Shown here: positions 23,901-37,314 of the stretch, one piece after another
How the letters are laid out: the number at the start of each line of letters is the position of its first letter
How positions within the stretch are numbered: position 1 is the first letter of the stretch
Notes under the pieces: generated by a model
What the model was told of the DNA's origin: nothing
Databases searched by the model: none
What the model saw: the letters and a program-made list of their open reading frames with translations, nothing else
Assembly: GCA_977018835.1 (NCBI GenBank)
Contig: OZ361259.1
Coordinates: 2,976,001 to 3,040,000 of the forward strand
Origin: Minutocellus sp. GHC0000111
Taxonomy: Eukaryota
Direction of reading: 5' to 3'
DNA: 64,000 nucleotides
Position numbers and translations under genes: made by a program

Positions 23901-26671
23901 CCACTTCGATACATCGCGCCAATTTCGATCGTACCTTTGCTTTTCACCATTTCAGGCCCAAATCTATCTATGGAATGCTCCTCACTGGCGATAATGTTCA
24001 CGCGAGGCATCACCCGCTGCTCATGGAATCAAAGGGTCGTTACCTGAACGTCGACCATGGTTTCGGATCTGCATCACTTCAATATCCAAAGGATCATATT
24101 GCAGATGCTCCATCTTTTGCGGACAGCAAATCTGACAAATCACCCGCTCCGTTTGCCATTGAAGCATTTGTGGATCTAAAGTCAAACAAAGGGCAGCAGA
24201 TGGCCCTTGACTTTATCGAATCAATGGAGTCCTTGCCTCAGAACCTTGGCGGGGACAAGTCTGGCGACTCCATTTCGGCCAGCTATCGTATCATTCCCAT
24301 TGGGAAGTCTGACGAAAGCTCGCCGGTAACGAAAGTTTTGGCCCAAGCAAGTCAATTTGATGCTTCTACCCTGAAAGCATTCGTCAGCGCTTCTCTTGGT
24401 AAGGATGATAGTGATGATATCGAGTCGATTCTATCATCCATTCCAAACTTGACGGATGAGAATCGAAGCGCAATTCAAGACGCCATAGCCGCTGCTGGCA
24501 GAATCGACCATTCATCCTCAATTACAGCTAAAAGTCTTCCAGCAGCCAATTTTATCCTTGCCAACGGCCGAGTGTTTGTTCCCGATGGGCCTGTCTCTAC
24601 TGGAGACATAGAGATCCTTCTCTCAATGAGTCTCACTCGCTCAAGGGCTGTGTCTAGGCTTTTGAGAGATGAATTAAAAGACAACAAGTCCCCTCACGAT
24701 GCTGTAGCCAAGGCGTCCTCGTTTGTCGGTTCTCAGCTTTCATCAACCAAATCCATCAAGCGAATGGATGTTAGTTCTCTGGATACCCAGGATGAACAAA
24801 CTCGGGCCCTTTACTTCCAGTGGAACCACGACAACAAGAGGCACCTGCAAGTAAAGGTGACTGCGATATTGGACCCACTCTCCGAGGCCACTCAAAGAGT
24901 CTCTCCTCTTCTGCGCGCTATTCGAGACCAACTGAAGCTTCCGCTATCACTCATGCTGGCACCAAGACCTGTGATTGGTGGCGATGACTTACCGGTGTCG
25001 AGTTACTATCGCTTCGTTGCTGACCCTCTGGCATCACCAGATGGGATGTTGCCCAAGGCATCATTTCAGAACCTACCCACCAACCACGTTCTTACGATTA
25101 GGATGGATGTGCCCGAGCCTTGGAATGTCCAACAGAACTACGCCATTCAGGACACCGATAATCTCCGGTGTGATGTCAAGTCGGGATGTGGCGACGAAGC
25201 CTACGGTACCGGACTTGGCCGCAAATCCGATGACGATGCGTCTAGTCGCTCCACGTCCGATAGCCGTATCGGTCGCACAGTTATTGAGTACGGTTTGAGG
25301 AGCCTCTTGTTCTTTGGTCAGTGCTACGATGTTTCCGAGGGATCACCACCGAATGGCTTGCAGCTTACCATCGATCAAACGTCTCAAACAAACCTCAAAT
25401 TATTGCCTGCCAATGAAAATATCGTCGAGGTTGAAGTTGGGGCCGATGGTACAGTAGTAGAAAGCGATAGTTCCTCGCCAAACACCGCTGTCCCCATGGA
25501 TGCGTACCACACCGACACGCTTGTCATGAAGACTGTTGGGTATTGGCAACTTCGTGCCAAGCCTGGTGTTTTCAAGTTAGCCATCCAAGAAGGATCGAGA
25601 GGGGCAGACATTTTTGAGATGGTGGAAGGAAAGGTTACGGAAGGTGGCCAGCTCAAGGTAGAAAAAGATTCGAGCGCCACGGCCTCGAGGAATATCGTGA
25701 TGAAAGACTTTGTCAGTACATCCGAAGTCCTCCTTGTTAGAAGGCGCGAGGGATACGAACATGCAGAATTGTACAGTGAGCATGACGGCGATGCTGAAAA
25801 TGACGATAGCGACGACACTGTTCATGTCTTCAGCTTGGCAACGGGCCACTTGTATGAGAGATTCCTCAAGATTATGATGCTATCTGTAACGAAACGAACG
25901 AGCACCAGGGTCAAGTTTTGGTTGTTTGAGAACTTCCTCTCGCCATCTTTCAAGGCTACCGCTACGGCAATGGCCAAAAAAATAGGATGTGAGGTTGCGT
26001 TCGTGACTTACAAATGGCCAGAATGGCTTCGAGCTCAAAGCGAAAAGCAGCGAATTATTTGGGGCTACAAAATTCTTTTCCTCGATGTTCTTTTCCCGCT
26101 CGATGTGAAGAAGATCATCTACGTCGACGCCGACCAGGTCGTCCGCGGAGACATGAAAGAGCTGGTTGACCTCGATCTCCAGGGGGCGCCATACGGTTAC
26201 ACTCCCATGTGTAGCTCTCGCGAAGAGACTCGAGGATATGCCTTCTGGAATCAAGGCTTCTGGGCTAGCCACCTGAGGGACAGACCATATCACATCTCTG
26301 CTCTATACGTTGTGGATCTTGCGAGGTTCCGACGAGAAATGGTGGGAGATAAATTGCGATCGTATTATCAACAACTGACTTCAGACCCAAATAGTCTCGC
26401 CAACCTCGATCAAGATTTGCCGAATTATGTGCAACACGACATACCTATCAAGTCCCTGCCGCAGGAGTGGCTCTGGTGTGAGAGTTGGTGCTCAGATGAA
26501 ACCAAGGCAACGGCCAAAACGATTGATTTATGCAATAACCCCATGCACAAGGAGCCAAAGGTTTCCATGGCCAAACGCATTATCAGTGGCGAGCTATTCG
26601 AAGAGAGCTGGGTGGAACTTGATCAAGAGGTTCAAGCTTATGAGGACGAGTGTTTTGCATCATTAGCTTAA
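20991..26671 (+). CDS. UGGT: UDP-glucose:glycoprotein glucosyltransferase (2 exons, intron 23768-23955)
   Basis: LQGYGVRLDIRNLEYKVFDD, YINDIERDPQYRQWP, and a GT24 domain (VFSLATGHLYERF, WGYKILFLDVLFP, YVDADQ, NLDQDLPN, WLWCESWC, IDLCNNP). AA|GTGAGT...TTCAG|G splice keeps the frame. Confidence 0.97.
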
Positions 26672-26708
26672 TTAATTTATCTAACAACGTAAGTGTGAGA
26701 TCTTGCAT

Positions 26709-29048
26709 CTATTGGAGCCGATAGTCGATTGGGGATGCTTTGTCAACACTTTGCGTATGATGGAACAAATCTGACCCTCCTGTCTCCTCCTTTGCGGCTT
26801 GGACAACCTCGCGAACGAGACGCCGGAGGAATTCACTTGGTCCCTTTTTTGCAAGACTCTGAGCACCCACCGGGAGCAAGTCGCGGAGACCGCCCTTCTC
26901 TTCCTTGGGCTCCTCGTAGCTAATACTATAACAATCAAAGCTCTTGTCGATGTAGTCGCGAAGGATCAAGTCGTCCTTCGTAATGATCTCATCGCAAAGA
27001 CCCTTTTCTACGGCATCCGTTCCGAACCAGACCTCGCCAGTTGCAAGGTCTTCGAGGTCCAAGGCAGGTCTATTGGCCTTGACGTATCCTTTGAACAAGT
27101 CCAAAATCGCTTCGGCATCTTCCTTTGCCTTTTCGAGATCCTCTTTTGTGGTCTTCTTCGTCGCCGTCAAAGTTCTCTTGTATTTTCCAGCCGTTATCGT
27201 ATTCACTTCTACCCCTTCTCTTTGCAGACGCTCGAAAAAGTTGGGAGTTGAAGAGACAACACCGATGCTGCCTAGTGCCGCAAACGGCGAAGCAACAATC
27301 CTATCAGCAACGCAACACATCATATAACCCCCCGAGGCGGCATATTCTTCTACTGCTATCGTAAGTTTCAACCCAGCATCTTTGATGCGTTGCAGCAAGC
27401 CCGATGCGAGTCCATAGCCAGTGACACTGCCCCCTCCGGTTTTAAGTACAACGAGAACTTCATCGCCCTCCGATGCCGAGCGTATCACTGCGGTGATTTC
27501 CTCTCTCAACATCCGAACTTGGCTGGCACTAATATCACCAGGAAAGTCAAGGAGAAACAGACGTTTGCGCTTGGACGTCTCCGATGTATCGATCATCCCA
27601 AGCTCCCCCAGGATAATTTTCAGAGGATGGCCTTTAATGGCAGTGAAAAGTCTACCAGCAGGACCCGAGGTATGGAGAAGAGCGGCTCTCATTGACGGTG
27701 CCCTTGCAGGACCAAGAACCTCTACCACAGATGCAATAAAATCCAATTCATATTGGACCAGATCTTGATTGAATTGACCAAGCACAGTCATAAGCGCTTC
27801 GGCTTTCGCCTCGTCTCTATCTCCACTTTCTTCAGATTTGGATCTTCCAAATAGACCTTTGGCTCGGGAAGGCTTGGATTCATCGGTCTCAATGATAATC
27901 TCAAATTCTTCCCCATTTGCACCTTGAACTGTCATGGTGTTGGCCTCAGAGCTCTCTGCGTCTTGTTTGTTGTCGCTTTCTTCATCCCCGGAATCTCCAC
28001 CTCCACCCTCCCCGTTTTCTTCCTCAATTTCCATGTTCTGAAACGTACGTTTCATCATCAAGTCTCGCAATTCCCGGTCGCAGGCATGGATTTGCCCCAC
28101 TGTGTTGGCAGATCGCTTGAGAAAAAAGAGTTCAGCAGTTGTCAGTGCAGAAAGTTGTTCCTCATTGAGAGGTTCGCTACCACCGACCGAGGCACCGACG
28201 GCCAACCCGAATGCCCTCTCAAAATTCTTTTGTTTTAGGGCCGTCGCTGCAACAGCCCGTGACCTTACCGCGGCCTGGACGGAGAATCCATAGCTATCCA
28301 ACCGCTCGTTTATGCGTTCCACTCGAAGAAATTCCTGTCTTGGTAGCGCAGGATTGCGCCGAAGGCCGTCTCTGCTGAAGAGTGACGAACTGTCGCTAGA
28401 ATACAAATCGCCATCGGATGGACTACCAAGAAACCAAGAGAACAACCGCGAAATGGGTCGGCGTTCCTTGTTGCTCAAAAGATCGGTGTAGCGACGCGAT
28501 ACAAATCCGTTTGGACTCCAAGGACCCAGATTGGTGCCAAGGGCAATGTCCTCTAGAATCTCGGCGTTATAGAAGGCATTGTCTAGCTCCTTCCCTTCGC
28601 CAATAATCCTCGCAATGGCTTCATTCTTTTCATCCTCTCTGGACACGGCCTTTCTTTTGCGCGCTCTGCCGAACAGCCCGCTCTTTGTTGTCGTCTCATC
28701 ATCTTCGTCGTCCCTCTTGTTTCCCCAGAGGGCACGAAAGCCTCCGAACAGAATTCGAATGGCAATGGCTGGTATGATCCAGTTGATGGCCTGTTCTCCC
28801 GCCTGAGTTGCAAGGCGCTTCCACGCATGACTATGGAGCTTAGTTGAGCTGGGGTTGGAACTTGGGACAATCCCCGATCTCGCCAAAGCATCGTCTCTGA
28901 CACCAAATGCTTGTCTTGACAAGCGTGGACGAAGAGCACTACTTTCGCGGCACGGCGGCAATGAGAACAGGAACGCATCGGCACGTGGTGTCACCAAAAG
29001 TAGGAAGAGGCTGGGGGCGAGTAGTAGTGAAAGAATGGAGCTCGCCAT
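26709..29048 (-). CDS. sohB: Plastid-targeted S49 peptidase, SohB-like
   Basis: GGGSVTGYGLA, AASGGYMMCCVADRIVASPFAALGSIGVV, TAGKYKRTLT, ATGEVWFG. Presequence MASSILSLLL...RADA-F. Confidence 0.88.
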   Translation of the reverse strand: MASSILSLLLAPSLFLLLVTPRADAFLFSLPPCRESSALRPRLSRQAFGVRDDALARSGIVPSSNPSSTKLHSHAWKRLATQAGEQAINWIIPAIAIRILFGGFRALWGNKRDDEDDETTTKSGLFGRARKRKAVSREDEKNEAIARIIGEGKELDNAFYNAEILEDIALGTNLGPWSPNGFVSRRYTDLLSNKERRPISRLFSWFLGSPSDGDLYSSDSSSLFSRDGLRRNPALPRQEFLRVERINERLDSYGFSVQAAVRSRAVAATALKQKNFERAFGLAVGASVGGSEPLNEEQLSALTTAELFFLKRSANTVGQIHACDRELRDLMMKRTFQNMEIEEENGEGGGGDSGDEESDNKQDAESSEANTMTVQGANGEEFEIIIETDESKPSRAKGLFGRSKSEESGDRDEAKAEALMTVLGQFNQDLVQYELDFIASVVEVLGPARAPSMRAALLHTSGPAGRLFTAIKGHPLKIILGELGMIDTSETSKRKRLFLLDFPGDISASQVRMLREEITAVIRSASEGDEVLVVLKTGGGSVTGYGLASGLLQRIKDAGLKLTIAVEEYAASGGYMMCCVADRIVASPFAALGSIGVVSSTPNFFERLQREGVEVNTITAGKYKRTLTATKKTTKEDLEKAKEDAEAILDLFKGYVKANRPALDLEDLATGEVWFGTDAVEKGLCDEIITKDDLILRDYIDKSFDCYSISYEEPKEEKGGLRDLLPVGAQSLAKKGPSEFLRRLVREVVQAAKEETGGSDLFHHTQSVDKASPIDYRLQ

Positions 29049-29302
29049 TTTGCTGCTGGCTCGTAACATCACGCTCGTCGTATCTTTCATCCCCGTTGTT
29101 GGCAAATCAGTCAAATCTTCGCATCGCATAACTCGCTCTGCACTCCCTTGATGTCGTCTTTCCGTCTCCCGCTGATTTTTACAAAAACCTGATGCCTTGC
29201 TTGCCTTGAGCACCATGGCCTCCTATCCTCGCTCCTCGCTGGCTCAAAGAATCCGCTCCGCTCTCGCTATTGGAAGACCGCTACCAACAAGTAAATAAAG
29301 CC

Positions 29303-29773
29303 ATGCTATCCGCGCTCCAAAGGGTGTCGCCGGTCCTGGGCCGGATTACGGCGCGCCCGGCGTCTATGATGGGGCGCCGCACCGCTGTCCGCCCGAGCTC
29401 ATGTCTGGCCACCACACGTACACAGCACCTCCCGGCGTCCACCGCAGGCTGCAGCGACCCCTCCATGATGTCCGTGGTCGCTGCTGATGATGCTGTCCCA
29501 TCCAGACAGATTGTGAATTTCCTGCCATCCGCTCAGTTCGTAGCATCCCCTCTGGCCACGCTTTCGGCATCTGTGACGACCATTTTGGACGATGTCATGG
29601 CGTCGCTTCTGGGTCCCTCCATCCTCCTCATCAAGCGGACATTTCAGCCCTCCATCCTGCGCAAGAAGCGCAAGCACGGCTTTCTCAAGAGACGAAAGAG
29701 CGTCGGAGGTCGGAGAGTTTTGAAGAGGCGGAAGCACAAGGGACGCAAGGATTGGTGCGGGGTGAATGAATGA
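29303..29773 (+). CDS. MRPL34: Mitochondrial ribosomal protein bL34m
   Basis: [38 protein letters not shown] preceded by an Arg/Ser-rich transit peptide. Confidence 0.92.
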   Translation: MLSALQRVSPVLGRITARPASMMGRRTAVRPSSCLATTRTQHLPASTAGCSDPSMMSVVAADDAVPSRQIVNFLPSAQFVASPLATLSASVTTILDDVMASLLGPSILLIKRTFQPSILRKKRKHGFLKRRKSVGGRRVLKRRKHKGRKDWCGVNE

Positions 29774-30149
29774 CTGAATCGAGATATATCGGAGCTGGCT
29801 TGATCAGTAGCATGTGGTTTCCTTATGCAAATACGGGACGTACTTTAATGAAATCGAAGGAGGGAGGAAGGTCTACAATAAAGTTGAAACTGATGAAGGT
29901 CACCTCTCTACACGCATGTAGAAATTTCTAGAAACCCCTTACTTAACTTGACTCCAAATCCACATTTGACTTTTGCGCTTTTATCATGTCTACCTACTAC
30001 GAGTTCTCCTACGTAGCTAGAGGCACAATACCTAGCTACGTAGTAGCTAGCTACGTAGCCAGTAGCAACTACTTGTTTAGAAATGCGACCAAAGACCGTA
30101 AAAAATGATCAAAGTATTAATCTAATGCTACAGTTACTACTCGACGTTA

Positions 30150-33100
30150 TTAAAAATGTTGTTCCTGCTCTTCCAAGTAATTTGCCGCGATCTCGATGTT
30201 CTTGAGTGTCGTAGCAACCATGCGGTGATCGTCGGCAAGGCCAGCCTCACGACACATCCCCAGCGAGTTCCTCCAGCATTGCAATGCCTCGGAGTACTCC
30301 TCCTTCATTGCATGGACACTGCCCAAATTGTGCAACGTCTGAGCAACCTCAATGCTGGATTCACCGTGCCCCTTCTTCCGAATCCGCAGGGAGGCGTTGT
30401 AGCATTCCTCGGCCTTGTCGAGGTCACCCATCTCCGAGAAGACGATGCCCATCCCAAACAAGGTCGTGCCGACTTCAACGTGCTCCTTTCCTAGTTTGAG
30501 GGTTCGAATGCGCAGCGCTTCCTTGAGGCACTTGAGAGCTTTGTCATTCTGACTTTGCTTCTGGTATATTCCGGCGATGCTATCAAGGCTGCCAGCGACC
30601 TTCATGCTGTCCTCGCCAAAGTTTGACTTGCGGAGTCGATGGGCCTCCTTGTAATACTTTAGGGCGGTACGAAGATCATTCTGTGCGTCTGTGTAAAAGT
30701 CGGTGTAAGAGGTGATAAAGAATGAAGACAGAAGTGAGAAAGAAAGGCGATTGAAAAGGCAATGTTGCGATCGCGGCGCAACCAAACCGAAGTAAGTTAT
30801 ATTCTCCATGACTTACCATAAATGACGCCCAGACTGTTTAGCACCTTGGCGACGCCAGGACTTTCTTCCCCCAGAACTGACTTGTAGATACCCAGCGCCG
30901 AGCTGAAGTTTTCCAGGGCCGACTCGTTGTCCTCTAACATCTGGTCAATATTCCCAATCTTGAGGAACATATCTCCCACCGACTCGCAGTTACCCAAATG
31001 CATTTGGCGGACGCGCAGGCATTCATTGTAACAGGACAGGGCTTTCTCATAATCGCGACGGCCCTCATAAATGTTGCCCATTTCGCCGAGGACGTTGGCC
31101 ACCAGCAAATCTTCGTCGCCGTAACGCTTCTTCCTTAGCTTGAGAGCGTCTTCAAAATGAGCAAAGGCCTCATCACGACGCTTCAATTTCATCAGCACCT
31201 TGCCCAACGTATAATGGGTGTCCGCGAGCTTGTCATCCGACACACGAACCTTGTCCTTCATTACACGCAGACTCTCTTCAAGACACTCCTTGGCTTTTTC
31301 GTGTTGACCAAGGATGTGGTAGACAGAGCCAAGCTCGCTATTGACCGAAGCAACTTGCAACGATTCTGTTCCGAGAGCAAGTGTCCGGATGGAAAGACAC
31401 TGCTGGTACGCCTCGACAGCGTTGTTGTACTCCTCCAGCCGAACGAGTGTTTCGCCGCGCTTGTTGTAAACGTATGCGACGGAAATGTCAGTAGCGCCCC
31501 GCTTGTCCTTGAAAATGTCGATGGCTTCCACGTAATTCTCTACGGCGGCGGCAAAGTCCATCTTTGCGCTGTTGAGCTCGCCCATGTTTACTAGCGTTTC
31601 GCCAATGAACTCGTGTCCATCTTCCAGCTGCGCTCGCCAGACTTCCATCGAGTCTTCGAAGCATCTCAGGGCGATCTCAAATTCCTTCCTCCGAAGCTGC
31701 ACCACGCCAACATCATTCAGTACCGCGGCAACGCCAAGGCTATTGATCCCACTAACAGTCTTTCGGATCTCCATTACTGTAATTTTTGCGCATAAATGAA
31801 TAAATAAATGTGAAGGAAGCGAAGAAGAGGGGATAAGACACAATACGATCGCAGGGGTCTTTTCAATAAGATGAATTCAAAACGCATACATATAAAGCAC
31901 ATCGCCACACCATCGCATTCTGACACACCTTCCTTGAATGTCAGCAGCGTTCCATCCAAATCTCCCATCTTTTCTTGAATTTTGCCGATGGCATAAAGCG
32001 TATCGGACCGCGAAAGAGATTCTTCTCCGTACATGAGCTCCTTCATTTCGAGCGCTTTTTTGAGGAAATCGAGAGAATTGTTGTAGTCACCCCGACTTTC
32101 ATAGACATCTGAAAACGACTCGAGCACTTCAGCAGTAAGGGGGTGATTCCCGAGATTCCTTTCACAAGCTGATAGCGCTGTCCGGAGGCAATGCAGCGCT
32201 TCCTCTTTCTTGCCATTCTCGTTATGAATTAAGGCCATCTGGTGCAGGCTCTCTGCGATGGAGACATGATTTGCTGGCAGCTTTGCGCGTTTGATTTCCA
32301 GGGATTCTTTAAGACACTCCTTCGCCTCTTGTAGATCATTTTGCCTTTTGAATATCTTGGCGAGAGAGTGAAGGGAATATGCCACCTCCAAATGATCGTT
32401 GCCAAGGGTCGCCCGTCGAACGTCCAAAGCCTTTTCGTAGCACTTCTGGGCCTCCTCGTACTCCCCATCTTGTTCGTGAAGCATGCCAAGACAGTGCAAC
32501 GTTTTTACAGCGCTCAGAGTGTCGCTACCCAGTGCTCTACATTTGATATCGTATGATTTCTGGTAGGATTCCACAGCTCGATCGATCTTTCCTTGTTTGG
32601 CAGAACAATGGCCGATGTTGTGGAGCGTCTCGGCGATGTCGAGGTGATCTTCCGGTAGAACTGCCTTTCGCAGTTTTACAGCATCGTTGAAACATTTCAT
32701 CGCTCGACGATAGTGCTTTCTCTTGGCGTGGGCAATGCCCATTAAGTTCAGCATGTTGCCCATATTCTTGTGATCTTTCATTTCCTTGCGGATCTAAAGT
32801 ACGACGTATAATGGAAAAAAGGCAAAAGAAAGGAGGTCCAAGAAGGCAAAGAAAGAGGAGGGCGCAGAAGTAAGTTTGATGATATTGGAATGGAGTAAAA
32901 AGGAGGCAACAAATAATTTCAGAGAATGAATGAATCAAACCCCTCACCTCCAAAGACTTGAGGTAACACTTGATGGTCTTGGTGTACTCATTCGCTCGGT
33001 CGCACAAATTGCCTTGTTTTAAACACAAAACAGCAAGCTTGTCTTTGATTTCAAGGTACTGTTCCCTGTCACCCGTATCGATTTCATCGAGCTTGGCCTT

Positions 33101-36100
33101 CGTCAACACATAAACATCTTCATAGCTCTGTAGCATGGTTTTCAATTCGCGACTTCCCTTCTTCAACTTGACGTTTTTGAGGTTGAGATCTCTGAGACGA
33201 AGGGCCAAAGAGAAGAATTCGAGACCCTTGTCAATCTCGCCAGCGGCGTGATATACATTGGCCATGCACGAGAGTACCTCGCAGACATCTTCGTGCCTAT
33301 CACCGAGCTGAGAACGACGGATTTCCAGACTCCTCCTGTAGCAGTCCAAGCTATTCTCGTATTCCTCCATGTCATCGTACAAAATGCCAATGTTCTGCAA
33401 TGCTTCAGCAACATCGAGGTGATCGGGTCCGAGAATTGCTTCCTTGGCTTCAAAAGCCTTCTGAAACTGCTCCAGAGCGGCCTCATAGTCTCCCTTTTCT
33501 CGATAAACTTTGCCTATCCAACACTGAGTATCTGCCACACTCTTATCTGTGGCACCAAGTCGAGATAATCGTATCTGTAGCGATTGTTCGAAGCAGGTGA
33601 GAGCCACATCAAACTCTGACCGCTCACAATAGATTACAGCGATATTGTGCAATGTCCTTGACATTTTCAGACTTCCGTCGGCATTTTTGTTCTTGTACAA
33701 TCGGAGTGCTTTGTCGTAGCATGACATAGCGGCAAAGAATTCACCCTGGCTCTGATGATGGATGCCGATGCAGTGCAGCGTGTCGGCAATGGATTCGTGA
33801 TCATCGTCTTCCCGTAGTGCAATCTTTTTCAGATTGAGAGCCTCCTCGTAGTGAATGATCTCGTCATTTGGTCGATGGATCTCTCCAAACGCAACGCCCA
33901 AAAGATGTAGGGAGTGGCCGACTGCTCCGACAAGAGGCAATTCAGAAGAAGAGTACACAGTCTCAACGGTGCCTGCATCGTCCTCAATGACACCACCGTC
34001 CTGATGGTCTCTCCCCTCGTTACCGAGCTTTCGAATTATGCGATGAACGTAGAGAGAGGCAAACTTAAAGGCCATGTAGGACGCCTTCTTTCCTCTTTCC
34101 TCCAGAGCAGCAATGCTTCCTTCCTCTGTATTGTTACCATCGTCATCGCTGCTACTGGAAGAAAGCCTGTGGGATAACTTATTGCAGTCCGAAATATGAA
34201 GCGTGGTACCCAGTACTGGACCACAAGTCTGCATACGAAAATTGACGAAAGCTAAATCCGTGAGGAGTTTTTCGACTTCATCCAATTGAGATGCTTGCAT
34301 CATATGATGGGGAAGGTTCCGCGCTGCATACCAGCCGTAGGTATTGTTCCCATCAGGGATAGATCCCGCCACATCCTCTGAATAGTCTTGAGAGAGGGCA
34401 ACGCGACGGAATAGTTTTTGGACGAAGTCACCTGCCCACCCGGGAGATGACGAAGACCCTTGTGGCCATCCAAACTCAGTGGAAGCAAGATAAAGACCAT
34501 AGCACCAATGAATATCATGGGGAAACGACAGGAGTTCTTGCGGTCTATAGCTGGAGGCTCCAACAGCAGTTACAGACTTCCGAGTACCGGTAGTCTCTTC
34601 AAGTTGTAAAATTACAACTCCCATGGACAACAAGCAACCCCGAAAAAGGTCACCAACGGTATCGAGTTGTTCTTCCGAACCAGCAGCCCCAGCACCCAAA
34701 GATTCTATGGCATATCTCAAGACCGAAGAGGCGATCGCGGCCGTCGAGCCGCTTACAGATGGCAAAAAGTCGTCCTCTTCTCCATCTTCAAGGCCCAGGA
34801 CAGCAGCCCAGATTAAATTGGCAACTTCCGGAGGAACTTTGTTCTCATCACCCACAGGGTCCATAAGACCTGTATGGACTCGGTTCGTATTCGATAATGA
34901 GGGTTCATCTGCGTTATTGGTATCGGGCGAGACGGATCCACTAGTTTGCATGTGTGGAGTGGGAGAGGCGGATTTTGTTTCACCAGTACTTGAAGAAAAA
35001 TCAAAGGGAGGGAAGTCGGGCAGGTCAAGATTTTTCTCGCTCTCGTGGAGCTTGAGCCTTGGTGCTCCCGATATTGTGCTATTGTCATCGTCGTCGAGAA
35101 CTTCTGGAACTACATCGCCAAGACCTTCAATGGGAGTGGATGGTGATGCCAAGGCAAAAGCCGCAAAGCACATTCGAAGGCCCTTTCGGATGAGAGTAGA
35201 ATCAGAGTTGGAAATTCCGCTTGGAAGGGGACATGATGCAAATTTCCTCTCAAGAGTCCGGAAACTATCGTGCATGGCTTCTTTACTTTTGTGCGCTCTT
35301 TCCATGCTTCGTCTCCGAGCCATCGATGCAGGCCCAGCGCCTCCATCGACCTCACCAGACAGATCTCGCAGTACCTCAGATGTCCGTCGTCGGCTCGAAA
35401 TTGGTTCAGATGTGATCTGTTCCATAGATGACCGATCATCCCACGTAATGCTTTCATTAGCTCTGCTGGTATTCCCGACGCTCTCTGCGTCCGAGGTAAC
35501 ACTCAAATCTGCAATTGAGTCGTTGGTCGAGCTGCGATTCGAAGTTAGACCTCCCCCACTTGCCGTTGGCGTGCGAGACGAGAATTCTCCATGCGCCGTT
35601 TCAACAGCCCTATCAAAGGAATCACTGCCGGAGGCCGCGCCGCCATGAGCTTCTGCAACAGCTCTATCAAATGAATCATAACTACTCCCCGAGGACATCA
35701 ATTGCTTTTCGATGAGGTTGGAAATCTTCAGCGTGCCCGATGACCCGACGCTTTTATCGCCATGCGAACTCTGCATACTTGTTTCACGCTTCGGCGCATC
35801 CGTCGGCGTCGCAGCTGCTGATTCGACGCAATTGTTGATGAGACTATCGATATCAATCGATCTATCAATCGAGCTTGATTTTGATGATGGTTTCGACTGA
35901 GGACGCGGAACTTCCTCTGGCTTCCTTTTATCCCCATTTGCAGGGTTCTCATCCTTGAAATCGGACTTGATCTTTGAAGTTGAGGTCGATTGCATATTGG
36001 TCTGCCCCACTTCAGCGAGCTCCGAGGTGGACCCTTCTCCCCCCTTACCACTCTCTATTGCTGCACTCACTTCATTAACCAGCGATATTGGCGGAAGCCC

Positions 36101-37314
36101 ACCTCCAACAGCAACTGTATCATAATCTTCTCCGTCAGAATCCATCTCAGCTTCGATTTCGGCAAGGAGTGCTGCATCCGCGTCGTCCTCGTCGTCTTCA
36201 CCACCTTCATTAGTGTTATGGCCGGGACCAGCTTTTTCATCCGCAGTGGCAGCAGACGCTTCATGGGGCGTTTTTATCTTTGCTGAATCTTCGCCAATGG
36301 ATATCTGGGCAATATCACGTGTCGCATTTTCTAATTGCTCTTTTTCGGCACAAGCCTTTTCGGCAGCGGCCTTTTCCGAGGCAGCGATACGCTCTTGCTC
36401 AACTCGATCAGCTTCAGCCCTCTCCACAGCAGCGATACGCTCTTGCTCAATCCGATCGACTTCTGCTTTTTCTAAAGCAGCAATGCGCTCTCTTTCTAGT
36501 CGCTCGGCCTCGGCCTCTTCGGCAGCAATTCGGTCCCGATGTTCCTTCTCAAGTCTCTCTTGCTCAATTCGATCGGCCTCAGCCTTTTCGGCAGCAATTT
36601 GTTCTTGGCGCAGTTGCTCAACCCGGTCGGCCTCAGCCTTCTTTGCAGCAGCTGCTATAGCGCGAGCGTCAGCTTCAGCCTTTGCTTTGGTCTTTTGCTC
36701 GTTCTCCAAACGGTCTCTCTCGGCATCATCGGTGTCATCAACGCCTGAACCAATCGAAGGAGCATATATCCATTGGTGTCTGTAGCGGCTGAAACTTTCA
36801 TCCCATTCCTTACAAATATACTGAGGGCCAACTGCCCCTCTCGCAGAAAATCTGCATTTTCATCCTCCTTGGATAGTTTGAGGAGCTGCCCACCGCCACT
36901 CGTCGGACTCGTCTTGAATCCACATACCTCCAAAAAGGCAATTCCACCCTCGACGGAACCGACGCGGGCATGGAACACCTTGTTCGTTAGCTTGACGGAG
37001 CGAGTTTTGGGATTGTACGGTTTCTTTTTCGAAGAGTTACTATTGCTGTCATCGCCCACGGACTCGTATTCCGACAGGATGTTCCCCAGCATCTTGGCAA
37101 GGGTGGAGATGCACGCCTTGGGCTGTGGCGGCGACGACGGTGCACCGCCGCTCCCGCCATGCCCGCCATTACTCGCAGTAGGAGTTGACACATGTTGTGA
37201 TATGGTAGTAAGAGACGGGATGAATCGAGAAGGGATCGGAGACGAAGATGATGGCTCCGATACACAAGCGCCGTTGGCACCCCCCAACACATTCGATCCA
37301 GCCGAATCAGTCAT
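30150..37314 (-). CDS. Large PUB-domain + coiled-coil + TPR-array protein (introns 32794-32947, 31777-31928, 30689-30816; frameshift at about 36765)
   Basis: PUB signature TLAKMLGNIL...PKTRSVKLTNKVFHARVGSVEGGIAFLEVCGF; E/R/A coiled-coil repeats; more than 20 42-aa TPRs (e.g. HLDVAEALQNIGILY...SLEIRR). Canonical GT/AG sites restore the frame. Confidence 0.88.

Noticed and set aside
36340..36660. Imperfect nucleotide repeats
   Set aside because: Explained by the E/R/A coiled-coil repeats of the PUB-TPR protein.
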